In this document: positions 41,701-54,423 of the stretch, in pieces
How positions within the stretch are numbered: the stretch's first letter is position 1
How the letters are laid out: each line of letters opens with the position of its first letter
Assembly: GCA_964016885.1 (NCBI GenBank)
Contig: OZ024750.1
Location: 54,870,001-54,934,000 of the forward strand
DNA length: 64,000 nt
Reading direction: 5' to 3'
Source: Eledone cirrhosa
Lineage: Eukaryota
Notes under the pieces: model-generated
Seen by the model: only the letters and a program-made list of their open reading frames with translations
Databases searched by the model: none
Told to the model about the DNA's origin: nothing
Translations under genes and position numbers: made by a program

Positions 41701-44075
41701 CTGGTAGCTGGAGAGAGAATAATATAGATGATAAAAGTCTATCTTCAGCAACAAGTGCTATATTGTCTCCCATGTTGAAAGATATTATTTTACAATATAA
41801 GAACTTGAAACTAAGACTAACCGATGTATAGAATAGAAAGACCTAGATGTGAAAAGAAGTGGAAATTGTGCAGATTGAAGATTGAAGATTTGACCGATGT
41901 GAAGAAACTGGAAAGATGTGTCGAAAAGAGTGAAGAATGCAGTCCGTAGGAAAGACATCCCCGAGAGTGAACATTTGAAGCTAGAGCAAGGTTTTAAGAG
42001 TTAGAAAGAGTAGTTGTTGATTGTTCCTGTGAAAAGCAATGAAGTGCAAGCATAACAGACGAGACAAGAATGCAGGCCCACCAGTCGGAGTTAAGCAGCG
42101 AAGCAGATGCCAATATAATATTAAATATTAGAGAATCGGTTTGTTCTTATTTCATGTTTTATTGTGAAATCGTATTGTTGAAAGCTAAAGACAATATAGC
42201 GTTTGTTGAAGATGATGTATATTACTTTCTATGCAGAAATAAGGAATCATTTGCACAGTCATCTTCATCGTCATACGTTCGCTCTCAAGTGTGGGACATG
42301 TAATATTGAGCACTGCCTCTCTCCGCTTATACCGGTCGTTGTTCACGTCGTTGGTGATCGTTAGCGATTTGAGGTCTGCTCTCACCACCCCCGTCTATGT
42401 TTTTCCTAGTCTTCCTTTACTGCGTCTTCCTTCTACTGGAATTTCTTGGCGCATGTTTCCCCAGCAAACCATCTTATTCTTCTCTCCAGAACTCCACAAC
42501 TCGTACCCATTTTCTCTCTCAACTCATCTCTGCTCGGTCGTCGACACACATCCAACGGAGCATGCTTCCTTCATTTCTTTGCCAGCCTTGGCATATTCTC
42601 TGCAATTGCTGGCCATGTCTCACTTCTTCCAACCCATCTTTATTGTAGATACTGTGGCCTCGTAGTAGCCTCCTCTCTTTCTAATCTGCTCATCTATGTA
42701 GCGGAAGGTACGAACCACTTGTATAGAACCCACCTTCATTTGAAAACTGTTTCTATCACTGGTACTTCTACTGTGAAATTTCTCTGTACAGGTAGTTTTA
42801 ACTACCTGTTTGCTTGCTATCCCACTACATATGTTGTATACCCCAGATGTGCATTGCGTATATTTTATAGAATTTATCCCAGCTCCTTTTCAACATAGTG
42901 AGCATGTCCTCTTTTCTATGTTTTTATTCTGTCCTCTTGCTTCCAACTACTGTTTCCATAGACAGCATTTCTTCTCTAGCTTGTTTACTGATTCTGCTAT
43001 AAGAACCAGTTTTAAACGCATCTGTTACTGACAGCACCTCTACAAAGCGTACACTGCCCTCACAAGACATTCCTAAACACCTAGTTTGGTTAGGCACCAC
43101 CAGATGACAGATCATGGTAACCTACCAAAGGAGTTGTCTGTCAAAAAAATTAATTGCTAAGATGGATTACATTGCCACCGTAACCGGTGATGTAGGTGTT
43201 GCAAGTTCCGGCTGTAAGTCGTGGGGGTGTAGTATATTGTCATGTATGTGTACATATGTCTGTATGTATACACGTACACATGTTGTTATTGTGTATAGTG
43301 TTTTTGTGTTTATACGTCTACAAATGTATATGCAATATTTCAATTAGCAAAGGGAGTTTACTCTTGGATATTTTAATAAAATTACGAGTTGTTTCCCCTC
43401 TTATCAGGAAATTTAGTTTGATAAAACTGAATTGTCAAGGCTGGTTGTCTCGGTCAGTGCTAAGCGTCTGTTGAAGACTAGACATCGAAATTACGATATA
43501 CAAGTACACACATCCATGCATGGATATGTTGTCAAGTAGCTGGCGTGTGAGAATAATGTAGATAATCAAAATATATGAACACTCGCTATATTATCTCGCA
43601 CTTTTATGGATATGTTTTTACAATATAAGAATAGGAAACGAAAAACTAATTCACTGAATACTGTGTGATGCAGGCAAAAGATGTTGAAATTGTGCCGAAT
43701 TAAGATTGAAAATTTGACCGATGTGAAAGCAGCTGTGGAAAATTTGCATGATGTAGTGAAGAATGCAGTGGGTAGAAAAGACATCCCCGAAAATAAACAT
43801 AGAAAGAGTAGTTGCGGATTGTTCCAGTGAAAATCAATGAAGTGCAAGCATAACAGACGAGAAGAATGCAGGCCCAGCAGTTTGAGTTAGCTGCCAAGCA
43901 GATGCCAATATAATATAAAATATTATGGAATCAGATAGTTTATCGATTCCCTGTTTTATTGCAAAAGCGAATTGTTGAAAGTGCGAGACAATATAGTGTT
44001 TGTTGGTGATGATAATATACTTTGTGTATTAGTCTCTGTTCATAAATAATGAAAAATGTGCACATAGTCGACCCT
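35704..44075. repeat. Direct duplication of ~3.3 kb (35704-39085 versus 40839-44075) containing decayed RTE fragments
   Basis: Near-identical ORF pairs, e.g. 36489/41616, 36943/42070, 38203/43196. Confidence 0.92.
39300..40765 (-). mobile_element. Old degenerate non-LTR retrotransposon of a different family (APE endonuclease region)
   Basis: Minus strand ILLGDFYAHL near 40670 and LVRKKQRNSVLN near 40480; many disablements. Confidence 0.6.
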
Positions 44076-44295
44076 GACTATACGTTCATATTAGTTGTGA
44101 AGCTTTGCTTGTTTAAAACAGAAAGACGACCATCTTTGATTAAAAATATTATCATTGGATAAGATGTGCTTCTAAACACTACATGTAAACATGTAGAACA
44201 CAGACATTCACAAAGACCTTCAACACTAAATTTTAAAAACAAATGGTTATTTAATTTCTATAATTAATTAAGATGGATTACATGGCCACCGATTA

Positions 44296-44930
44296 TCTAT
44301 ATATAAAACTGAAGATGTCCGCGTTCGAATCGCTAAAGCTCGAGAACCACCCAACGGACTGTTTTCAAACTTTACACATGTAATACTTATGTTTCATAGA
44401 TTGTTCTGATCACCACCCAAAAGATTTCAACTTTTCTAAGCCCACAGGGACGACATTAGGCGGTTTAGCGATCTCACTCTATAATTCTTAGTCTCTTTTT
44501 CGATAGACGTACTTATAACGTCGCGCCCTTATTATATCTATGTCTGACCGTCTGCATTACGTCACTTCCTTGAGGGTGTGTGTTTGAATCCCTTAAACTA
44601 GAAGTACCCAACCGATATTTTTTCAAACTTTAAATGCGTATTACTTAGGTTTCAGCTAGTGTTATGCGCATTAAAAATTAAAAATTTTTTTTTTTTTATC
44701 TCCCGGGGCCCGCATTAGATGAAAAACTTTTTTTTTATCTTAGGACTTTTTGTAGCCGTTACGTCTAGCCGATTTTCGCTAAATTTCAAGGCATATTATG
44801 GTCATGAAAAGAAAATCATTTTCTTGATCCCCTAGGGCCCGCATTAGGTGAAAACCTGCCTTTTTCTTGCTTCATCCATCAGAGTATTCCAAAATAGTTT
44901 ATATGGTGCAACGCCAGGTACCACTGCTAG
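44296..44930 (+). mobile_element. Non-autonomous Helitron
   Basis: 5' A|TCTATATATAAAA, 3' gcaacgccaggtaccactgCTAG|T, no TSD; the paralogous empty site at ~38073-38098 reads ccaccggtta^tattttatatatttc. Confidence 0.8.
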
Positions 44931-46469
44931 TATATTATAGATTTCATGAAACTCATTATGGTAAAACATATTTAAATAAACGTTTATTTAAATCTTTTTT
45001 ACCATAATGACATTTTGACTGTAGATCTGATAAGTTGAGCTAGATTGCCAGCATCGAAATAGTTTCGCTTTAGTTAGGATGTAGGTGTTGAAAGGGCCGG
45101 ATGTGAGCCTTGGGTGTAGTATATTTTCACACATACGTAGATATATACATGTGTATATATATCTAAACACGTGTAGGAAAGTATGTACACGACTTTACAT
45201 ATGTAACCCTGTAACATTCAGCTTTCCGATAACCCTTTGTAAATATGCAATGTCGGTTTGATAAGCACGACAAAGAATTGAAGATACTAGGCAGATTAAC
45301 ATGTTAGTTGAACGACCGTTGACTTGAATTGCGCGTGAAAATACGTGGGTGCAGTTGGTGGGGCTGATGATTTTAAGTTTGTTTTTGTCTTGTTGAATAA
45401 TCATGGCGTGCTACTTTGTAGTACTTGTATTGCAGGCCGTTGTTCCGGTGGTTAAGGTAAGTGGCGATGTTATTACTGTTTGGGCATCTTAAGTTTTCGT
45501 CTAGTTGGTTTCGGGTGGCGGTCGAATTGGTTTCAGATTAACGGTCTGTGTCTGGTTTACAGTTGTGATTAGTTTGTGTAAGAAGCGAGAAGAATCCCGT
45601 GATATATATTTATATTTTTAGAAAGGGAGAAACTATCTTAACTCGTTTCTACAGATAAAATCGCTAATTGCGAGATAGATTTTATAAACGGGAGGGTTTT
45701 TGAGATAGGACAGTTAATAATTAAGTTATCTCTGTTATCTCTGTTATCAGTTTGACGCATTTCTATTTCGAACTATAGACATATGTATGTAAAATTATCC
45801 CAGACAATTAGACATTTAATTTCCCCAAAATATATAATTCCACGGGAGAGAATGTACTATATAATCAATTGATTTCTCTCCCTTTAGTGCACTTTATATT
45901 TCTAAAGGGAGAGAAGTTTATTTAACAATATCTGTTATCTCCCCTTGACAGACTTTAATAATTATAATTTTTTAGAAAAATATATTTTATTATGGAAAAA
46001 GGTATTAGTAACAGTTTAATTTTAAAAAATAGTTGTCTCCCCTTGCTACACTTTGACTATAATGTAATACATTATGTTGTGACATTACAGCTGTTTTTAT
46101 CAAGTAATTTTAACGCCCGGAATTTATAATTTAGTTATTTAAGTTGATTCTCGGGAGGTAATATTTAGTTAATAAGTTGTTTCCCTTTATTTGACTCTAC
46201 TTATTTTTATCTGGTCTTAACAAACTATCGCCGTTGTTATAGTGCAGGAATTTCTAGGTATCTACATTTAATTTATTTAAATGTAAGGTTAATAAAATTT
46301 GCAAGCTAATTTTAGTTAATAAATTTGTCCATTTTCCATTTCAAATAATTTTATCTGTCGAACTTAATTAATTGCGAGACGCACCCTTTTCTAAACGCAC
46401 AGCGACCGCATCAGGAAAAAACAGGCAATTTTTACGGACAAATGTATAATAAATTCAGTTTAATTTATA

Positions 46470-47430
46470 TAGTATGTACGTTGTAACATAATTTCCCGCC
46501 GTTTTTATGAGAAAACAAACTAATAAAAACGGCGTGGATTTACGTTACATTATATATAATTTACTTTTAACTAAGGTAGATAATATGGTTTATTTAATAA
46601 CTAGGTTGTTTCCCTTGGCCGGACTTTAAGTAACATAAATTTTCGCCGTATTTATAGTGCTTCATAGTAAACAACGCTGCGGAAATTTATGTTACACTGA
46701 AATATTTTTCAGTATCTAGACTTTACTTGATATACCGAAACTATTAACTAAAGGGAGACAATTAACTATTAACTAAAGTCTAGATACTGAAAAATATTTC
46801 AGTGTAACATAAATTTCCGCCTTTTTTTTTTACTATGAAGCACTATAAAAACGGCGAAAATTTATGTTACACAGAAATAAATATAATAAACTTAAAGTCC
46901 GGCCAAGGGAAACAACCTATTTATTAAATAAACAATTTTATCTACCTTAGTTCAAGCTAAAAACCAACTAAATTATATTTTATAAAAGTAAATTATATAT
47001 AATGTAACGTAAATCCACGCCGTGTTTACAGTTCGTTTTCTGATATTATTTACGAACTCTTTCCTCAGTCTAGGAGTTTTAGGCGAATTTTTATATATAG
47101 TATGTTGTAACATAATTCCCCGCCGTTTTTATCAGTAAACAAAATATAAAAACGTCTGTGATTTACGTTACATTATATATAATTTACTTATAAAATATTT
47201 TAGTTAGTTGGTTTTTTCATTGAATCAAGGGAGATAAAATTGTTTATTTAATAAATAGGTTGTTTCCCTTGGCCGGACTTTAAGTTTATTATATTTATTT
47301 CTGTGTAACATAAATTTTCGCCGTTTTTATAGTAAAAAAAAATGCGGAAATTTATGTTACAACGAAATATTTTCTGGGATATCTAGACTAGTTAATAATT
47401 AAGTTGTCCCCCTTTACTTGATATATACCT
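46470..47430. repeat. Nested palindromic repeat, direct-inverted-direct arrangement of a ~280-bp unit
   Basis: gttgtttcccttggccggactttaag at 46605 and 47259, inverted at 46891; internal gtaacataaat...atttatgttac hairpins. Confidence 0.85.
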
Positions 47431-47570
47431 AGACTAATATATATTTATACAAAATATTTAAATTATATTTATATATTAATCGAAGAATGGTGAGGTAGAA
47501 AACACTTATCTCCCCTTTTCCTCTCTTATCTCCCCTTTCCTCGATATTATTTATTTACGAATTTTATCCT

Positions 47571-47654
47571 AGGGGTTAAGTTGGGGTTAGGGTTGGGGTT
47601 AAGTTGGGGTTAGGGTTGGGGTTAAGTTGGGGTTAGGGTTGGGGTTGGGGTTAG
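47571..47654 (+). repeat. Interstitial telomere-like tract (TTAGGG/TTGGGG/TTAAG variants)
   Basis: ggggttaagttggggttagggtt 23-bp higher-order unit repeated three times. Confidence 0.8.
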
Positions 47655-49099
47655 TGCACATGAATCTACAAGCTCATGCAAAACCCAGAATAGCTTGTAG
47701 GTGGGACACATACAATTGCTTACCTTGCCAATCCTACCCTAAATAACACTGTTGTCTAGCTGTGTAATCTCTCAATGAGAAATTCCTTGTTTCACATAAG
47801 CTTGTAGATCTTTTTTCTTTGCCCACTTATTCCTGAGAGGGTCAGTGGGGGAAGTGTCCTCAAATACTCCTTCCATCGGGTCCTGTCAGAAGCAACTATT
47901 TCCAATTGATCCGGCTGGGTCCCCAAGCGAGACCGGCCAAGCTCACGAATGTTATCCAACCATCTTACTCAGGGTCTACTCCTGGGTCTCCTAACAGTGG
48001 CTTTTGCGAGCTCATAGGCCCACATCCTCTAACTACAAATCTCCATTAGAAAAGCAACCCTGTTGTTTTGCCCTTCTGCTCACTAGACATTGCTCCTCTT
48101 GTTACTTCTTGCACACCACCCATACTCATAAGCCCACAGATGTGTCTTGAGAATGATGCCCTAAAAAAGAATTGAATTCTTTGATTTTTAGTGTAGACAT
48201 AAGCAGCATGTTTTTCTTTCTGTTTACTTCAATGTATGTATATGAAGGTGTTGATTATACCTAACTATCACAGATTTCTTTTTATAGAAACAGTTCAAAC
48301 CATTATCGATCAACAACATTTTTATGTCTCTTTTTTTCATGTTGGTCTCACTCTATTATACACCATATTTCCAATTCTCACAATCTGTTGTCATCTCTTT
48401 TGTAAGGCTCAGTGTTTTAACAATCATTGTAGCAATTATCACAGTCTTCGTTGTTCTTTTATGTGAAGTTCAGTACCTTGATATCTGACATCACAACTGC
48501 TTCCTTTGTCTTTTTATTTTTTGTCTCTCTTGTTACAGCACTTTTTCACTCATCATTCATTATTATCCATATGCATAACATATACATACCAACACAGTTG
48601 TGTTTCTTGCACACTTCAGCTAATGTCTTTAACCTTTTTGTTACCAATGAAATGTATAGGTGCATGACCTAATGGTTAGGATGCTTAACGTAAGATCGTA
48701 ATGCCATCGGTTTGATTCCTGGACAGGCTGCTGTGTTGTGTTCTTGAGGAAAACATTTCACATTGCTCCAGTACACTCAGCTGAAAGTGAGTACCAGAAA
48801 TAGCTGGTGAGTTAATCCTGCAATAGACCAGCATCCTGTCCAGAGAGAGTCTTGTACTCTGATCAAGCAAAAGCCTGATGAGCCTTCCACTTAGAACAGA
48901 ACAACAACACCAAAATGTTATAGCCCATATGTTTCAATTTATTTTGAATTAAAAAAATTGAAGGTATTTAGCTTAACTTTATCATTATTAAGCTAGTGTT
49001 TAATCAAATGTTCTTTTCATAAAATTATGATGGAAGGTTTAATTGAAAACACTTTAAAAAAAGCAGTTGTATGTCATAAAACTAAGGTTGCTATTAAAA

Positions 49100-49640
49100 G
49101 GGTTAATGCTCTATAATTCTTAATTCACTTGTCCTTTGCCTTTCAAGTAGACTAACACATCCCATGGATCATACACACCGCATTTATTCTCCAGATCATC
49201 CATATTCTTGGCTGATGTCTCATTACCATGAAGCAACTCACTCTTTATACTTATGTTCACTTTTCTCATGCTTGGATAGATAATACACGTCTTCTCCAGC
49301 ACAGTTTTCTTCCACTTATCATTTTCCTTTGTCATCTCTTCTGTGAGCTTCAGTATTGAGATCAGCTCTCACCACTTCTGCCCAGTTTTTCTTCAGTCTT
49401 CCTCTTCTGTAGCTTCCTTCCCCTTCATGATCATCATCCATATACATCACATGTCCATACCAGTACAATCTTCTCTCTTGCACACTACATTTATTACCCA
49501 GTTTTACCTTCAACTTGTCTGTTTCATTACTCATGTACATCCATTGGATATTACTGGTCTCATTTCTTTCTAACTTTCACACATCCTCTGTATTCAATGC
49601 CCATATCTCATTATTCAGCATCACACTTTGTACACAGGCA
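49100..49640 (-). mobile_element. Old RTE LINE fragment
   Basis: VQERRLYWYGHV...RGRLKKNWAEVVRADL and LLHGNET. Confidence 0.7.
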
Positions 49641-49718
49641 CAGACTGTGATTATATCAATGGATAAAATATTTTAATATTGTTTTAATATTTGGTTGTAA
49701 ATAGATAAAATTGGAAAT

Positions 49719-49974
49719 CTAACCCTTTTGTTACCATATTTCTAAAAAAAAACACTGCCTATAATTTTCAGATCATTTTGAAATTAATCAAGAATTTGGG
49801 GAGGATTTAGTAATATAACTATTGTTTTGGGAACATAGTTTAACAAAGGTTAAATTATGGTGGAAGGTTTTAGATAAATATAAACAATTTACAATAGACA
49901 GCTTTGTATCATAGAACCAGGGGCAGTTTCATATCATAGAGCCAGTTTCAGTCAATTTCATATCAAAAGGTTAA
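49719..49974. mobile_element. piggyBac-type MITE remnant
   Basis: taacccttttg ... caaaaggttaa ends; related decayed pieces near 3500, 5100, 49000. Confidence 0.5.
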
Positions 49975-50084
49975 ACATTTAAATAATTTCTGTGTACGCT
50001 GCCTTGTTTTTATATATTTTTTAAGATAAATTTATTGAAGTTTCTGTTTTGTGACCTTTTCTATTCTCCAATTGTTCACTTTAG

Positions 50085-50203
50085 CGACACCAAAATCCAC
50101 AATTAGCCCTCATGCGTCGAAAGCAGTAAAACCATTGAGAACTCTCCAAGAAGAGCAACAGCAACGAGAATGGAAGCCTCTTCTACAGCAGGACACCGAA
50201 GAG
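50085..50203 (+). CDS. KIF13B: KIF13B/Khc-73-like kinesin, internal exon
   Basis: Acceptor ttcactttag, donor GAG|gtaaat; TPKSTISPHASKAVKPLRTLQEEQQQREWKPLL; phase 0 joins the next exon. Confidence 0.65.
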
Positions 50204-50822
50204 GTAAATAATCTCACTTTACAAATGAATGCTTAATCCATAATTTAGATGGGTCTTTCTTCAATCTCATTCATTTTTAAAATAATAAAGCTCTTCTGAA
50301 TATTCTTACTATATCTTCCCCTCACTAAAAGCCACCAACTTATGTAAAATTCAAAGATATACTTCAATATCTCAATATGTTCATATTTAAAAGATATTAA
50401 GACATTAGATTATCGAGGTTTTGTTTTAGATTCACTTATCTCTGTCTATCTTTTTTTTTTTTTTTTTGTGTTTCTCAGCTGTAAGGAGTGCTTGATATTT
50501 CCCCCTATTCTGTAATGGCTTACTAGATCTATACAGATGTTTAAATTGATTTAATTAATTAGTAATGTAGTCATAGAGAACAATTTGCAACTCAATTATT
50601 CAAATTTAGCTCAAAGCTGTTTCAAAAAGCTATAAAATGTATAGCATTACCCCTGTATAAATCTATAAACAACATTGGTCCAAAATAATTTTTGAATTTT
50701 TGAATTTGTTCAAATATTGCATTCTCTAAATTTTGACTCAATCTTTTTTCTTTTTCTTTTTTTCTAAATTTAATCCTTCATAAATTCTAATTTTAAGTGG
50801 GTCTCATATTTTTTATTCGTAG

Positions 50823-52187
50823 GATTTTGATGAGGATTTTGATATGGCACACAAGCACAGTATTTTTAACAAGGATCCCAATAGTGTTGACAGCGATGAT
50901 TTTCAGGAATTCGAGTCTTATCAGAGCCAGCATTCATCTCCTTTTGCTGAAAAGTTTGTGGCTCAGAGGCCCACAACTATATCCCATTCTGTGACTGCTG
51001 ATAGTTTGATGAAGATTCAAACAAAAAGTTTTACTCCCAGCATGACTTCTAGTGGCTATGGTTCACAAGCAGTTTCTACTCTCACCTTATCATCTGAGGA
51101 CTCTGTTAGTATTCGGAGTATCAACCTTGATGAAGCCTCTGCCGAAGGGAAGAACAGTCCTCCAAAAACATTTCCAACACCACTTAGTGACCAAGGTTTG
51201 GAAAGTATCCCTGATAAGGCCCCCATGAAAAGCTTTTCCCTTGATTCCATTGCTGACCAAGCTGTTTCTGCTGCCCGCCTGGCTGATCTAATTAATGGTA
51301 ATATTGTTTCAGACAACAATGAACAAGATGATTCTGATTTTTCCTACATACTAAATCAAAGCAATGATTTCAGTGATACTTTACAAGCATCAATGGACAA
51401 CCACAGATCTTCAAAGTCAACTTTAATGGATCTGGATAGCTCCTCAGTCAATGATGCTACTATGAATCCAGTCTCACATCCGAGTCAGGACCAAGAGTTC
51501 AGTTACAAAGATGTAGATTACAACAGCCAGGCACTTGCAAACGCCACCAAAAACTTAAATCTGTCGGATTTTGTCAATACTTCTGAAATGTTACATTCAC
51601 ATAACTCACTGTTGGAAGATGAAGGTAGCAACAGTTTTCAGGATATGGACTATGAGATGTCATCACCTCAGGGCCAAAGTACACCCCTAAAAAAACCCAA
51701 TCAGTTGACGATAACAAACAGGACTCCAATACTTCCATCTCACACAGCTGTGACTGGGAAGATTCTTATAATGAGACTACTATGGATGATCTCAATAAAC
51801 TAAATAATACACACCCTGATTTGACAACAGATAGTAAACAATGCAAGCAAATGGTTGCCAAAGGTAATTCCAATCAGCCCATCAACAGAAAACTACTTAC
51901 TGATTCCTCTACCAATATTAATAGCAACATGACTGACAATCCAAAGAAGAACACACCAAGAAGTGACTCCAAATCCTACTCTGCAAATAGCCTTGAACGC
52001 AAGAATAACTCCGATAAACGGACTGTAGAGGGACATCTAAAGAGCAATCTTAGTCATGGTTCTGCCCATAAAAGACGCCCTGTTTCATGTTCTCTGCCAA
52101 GTGGCAGTGAAATGACATCATCCTCCTCCATGAAAGACCTTTCCTATCAAAACATGAATATGTCTACATCAAACGAGACTTTGTCAG
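50823..52187 (+). CDS. KIF13B: KIF13B/Khc-73-like kinesin, large tail exon (1-nt frameshift at A7 run 51689-51695)
   Basis: Acceptor tttattcgtag, donor CAG|gtatgt; SMTSSGYGSQAVS motif recalled from Khc-73 tails. Confidence 0.8.
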
Positions 52188-52770
52188 GTATGTTGATTTC
52201 ACTGAAATTCTCAACTTGTATTTTTAAATGATTTCTTTGTATTCTAAATTGATTTTTATTCTAAATTGATTTTTATTTATAGGCAATGAATTGGCAGAGT
52301 TGTTAGTGTTGGATTGAATGCCTCAGTTGTTATTCCAGCTCTCTGTGCTCTTAACTCAAATCCAGCTGAATCTAGGGCTCAAAATATATATTAGAGGTGT
52401 TAAAATACCAAAATGTTTTTTTGTTATTTAGAATTGTCTGTGTTTTCATAGGAACCTGAGACAACACTATATTATTGTTATTATAAATTACATTTATTTA
52501 TAGTACAAACACACATGCACATATCTATAAGTGACTAATAATAAGAAATGAGTAAAATGCTCATGCCACAGTAAAATTTCCTCATTTACAAAACATGGTC
52601 TTACTCAGATTAAGTCACTTGCCAAACATGTACATACTTCAAACGAATAATAGATAACTGCACAGAGCAAAGTGGCTATCATAACTGCTCCACACATGCG
52701 TATTCTAGACCCTTAGACCAGTTAAGGAAGAACACATCGATTGTTTTTGTTTTGAACCGTTTTCATTTTT

Positions 52771-52808
52771 ACATATGAAAAGAGGATATTAGCCCTGAAA
52801 TGTCATGT
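52771..52808 (+). ncRNA. Decayed minimal hammerhead motif in a kinesin intron
   Basis: acat ATGAAAA gaggatattagccct GAAA tg TC atgt; stem I acat/atgt. Confidence 0.4.
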
Positions 52809-53411
52809 TGAAATATATTGGATAAAACATCACTTTGTTTTATTTGCTATTCTTTACCCTTTATATATTTCTACTACATTGAACCAGCTTTCTGAAATTT
52901 ATGATCATTTATTACATACTTCAAAATATTAACCACATTTTTGAAAAGTTAATATTTGAAGAAATCTCTTTTGAAACATGTTGCCATTCGCAAGCAAAAT
53001 TAATGTACAGGCACTTTTATTTATTTTATTTACTGTTAAGGCTCTTATCTATGACGGCTGTTCAATTTTACTTTTAATAAATATAGGAAATGTGTCCTCC
53101 ATGAATTGATTAAATTTTACTTGTTATATCCAAAAATGAATCTAAGAAACATGAATTTTTCTTTTAAATTTTAGTTTCTTAAAAATAAACCAGTTTTACA
53201 TTTCTGACAAGATCTTTGATAGCACTTAAGATTATAGATCTGTTTGTAAAAAGTCATGCTGCAAAAATCTTTATCCAAATTTTCCAGCCAAAACTGATTG
53301 CATAGATAAATCTACTATCCACTAGTACAGTGGTAGTTTTAAAATGTAACAAATTTTTATGAAAATATGTAGGTATTGATGTTCTAAATCTAAGAATATT
53401 TCCAGTCTCTC

Positions 53412-53450
<39 letters not shown>

Positions 53451-53748
53451 TTCTCCCTCATTCTCACTCCCTTTCTTTCCCTCTCTTTTTCCTTTTTTTT
53501 TATTGCTGTTGTTATGGAGATAAAATAACCAATTGGACCAAGGCAATAAGTTCATATCCAGGTACTTTGTTTTATTAGATTATTAAAGGTACATGGTTAG
53601 TGATTAGAACTGTGCCTTTATATATATATATATATATCTTTTTCCCTCTCCCTTACATATGTTACTATCTTGTAGCTTGCCATAAAATCTGTTACCTTCT
53701 TCCATTTCTTATGTATTGCTTTGGTTTATTCTTTCTCTTCTTTCAAAG

Positions 53749-53961
53749 GTGGAGAAGACAGTATGAGTTTATGTTCGTTTGGAAGCCGTGCTGACCTGGA
53801 CCGTCTCCATGAAGGCCCTCTACCCACTTGGATCCAACAAGGAGAAGGTGTAATCGTCATGTCCTCTAAGGGATACTCTAAGCCTGGGATTGTTCAGTTT
53901 ATTGGTCCAGTTCACTTTGCCAGTGGAATCTGGATCGGAATTGAACTAGACAATCCTGAAG
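53749..53961 (+). CDS. KIF13B: KIF13B/Khc-73-like kinesin, first half of CAP-Gly domain
   Basis: GIVQFIGPVHFASGIWIGIELDNPE; phase-1 junctions on both sides. Confidence 0.9.
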
Positions 53962-54423
53962 GTATGTTCAATTTCTTTTATTTTATTAAATTATACTTAA
54001 TTCTTAATAAGCAGTAACACTAGCATAGTACGGTTCATACATAATAGAAGTGTATATGAAAGGATGTACAATATGTTTGTGTTGAAATAAACATATATTG
54101 AGTCTCACTACAAATGTTCAAATGTTTTAAGCTGTGATCATGTCACAGCTATCTAAGTATCACTAACATAGTGTGATTCATAATAGAGGTGTATATGAAA
54201 ACATGTACAATACTTCACAAGTATATCTTGCTATTGTAGTTTCATGCAGTAAAGGATATTATCAGTTAATAGAGGCATATATGAAAACAGACCAGTCATG
54301 GACCTGTTTGGTTACCTAATTTCAAATTGCCTTGAACTTTTTAGTAGTGCAGCCCACCTTATGATGAGCCACATCCTATGTGGCTCACTGTTTGAAAAAG
54401 GTACCTGGGATAGACAATATGTT

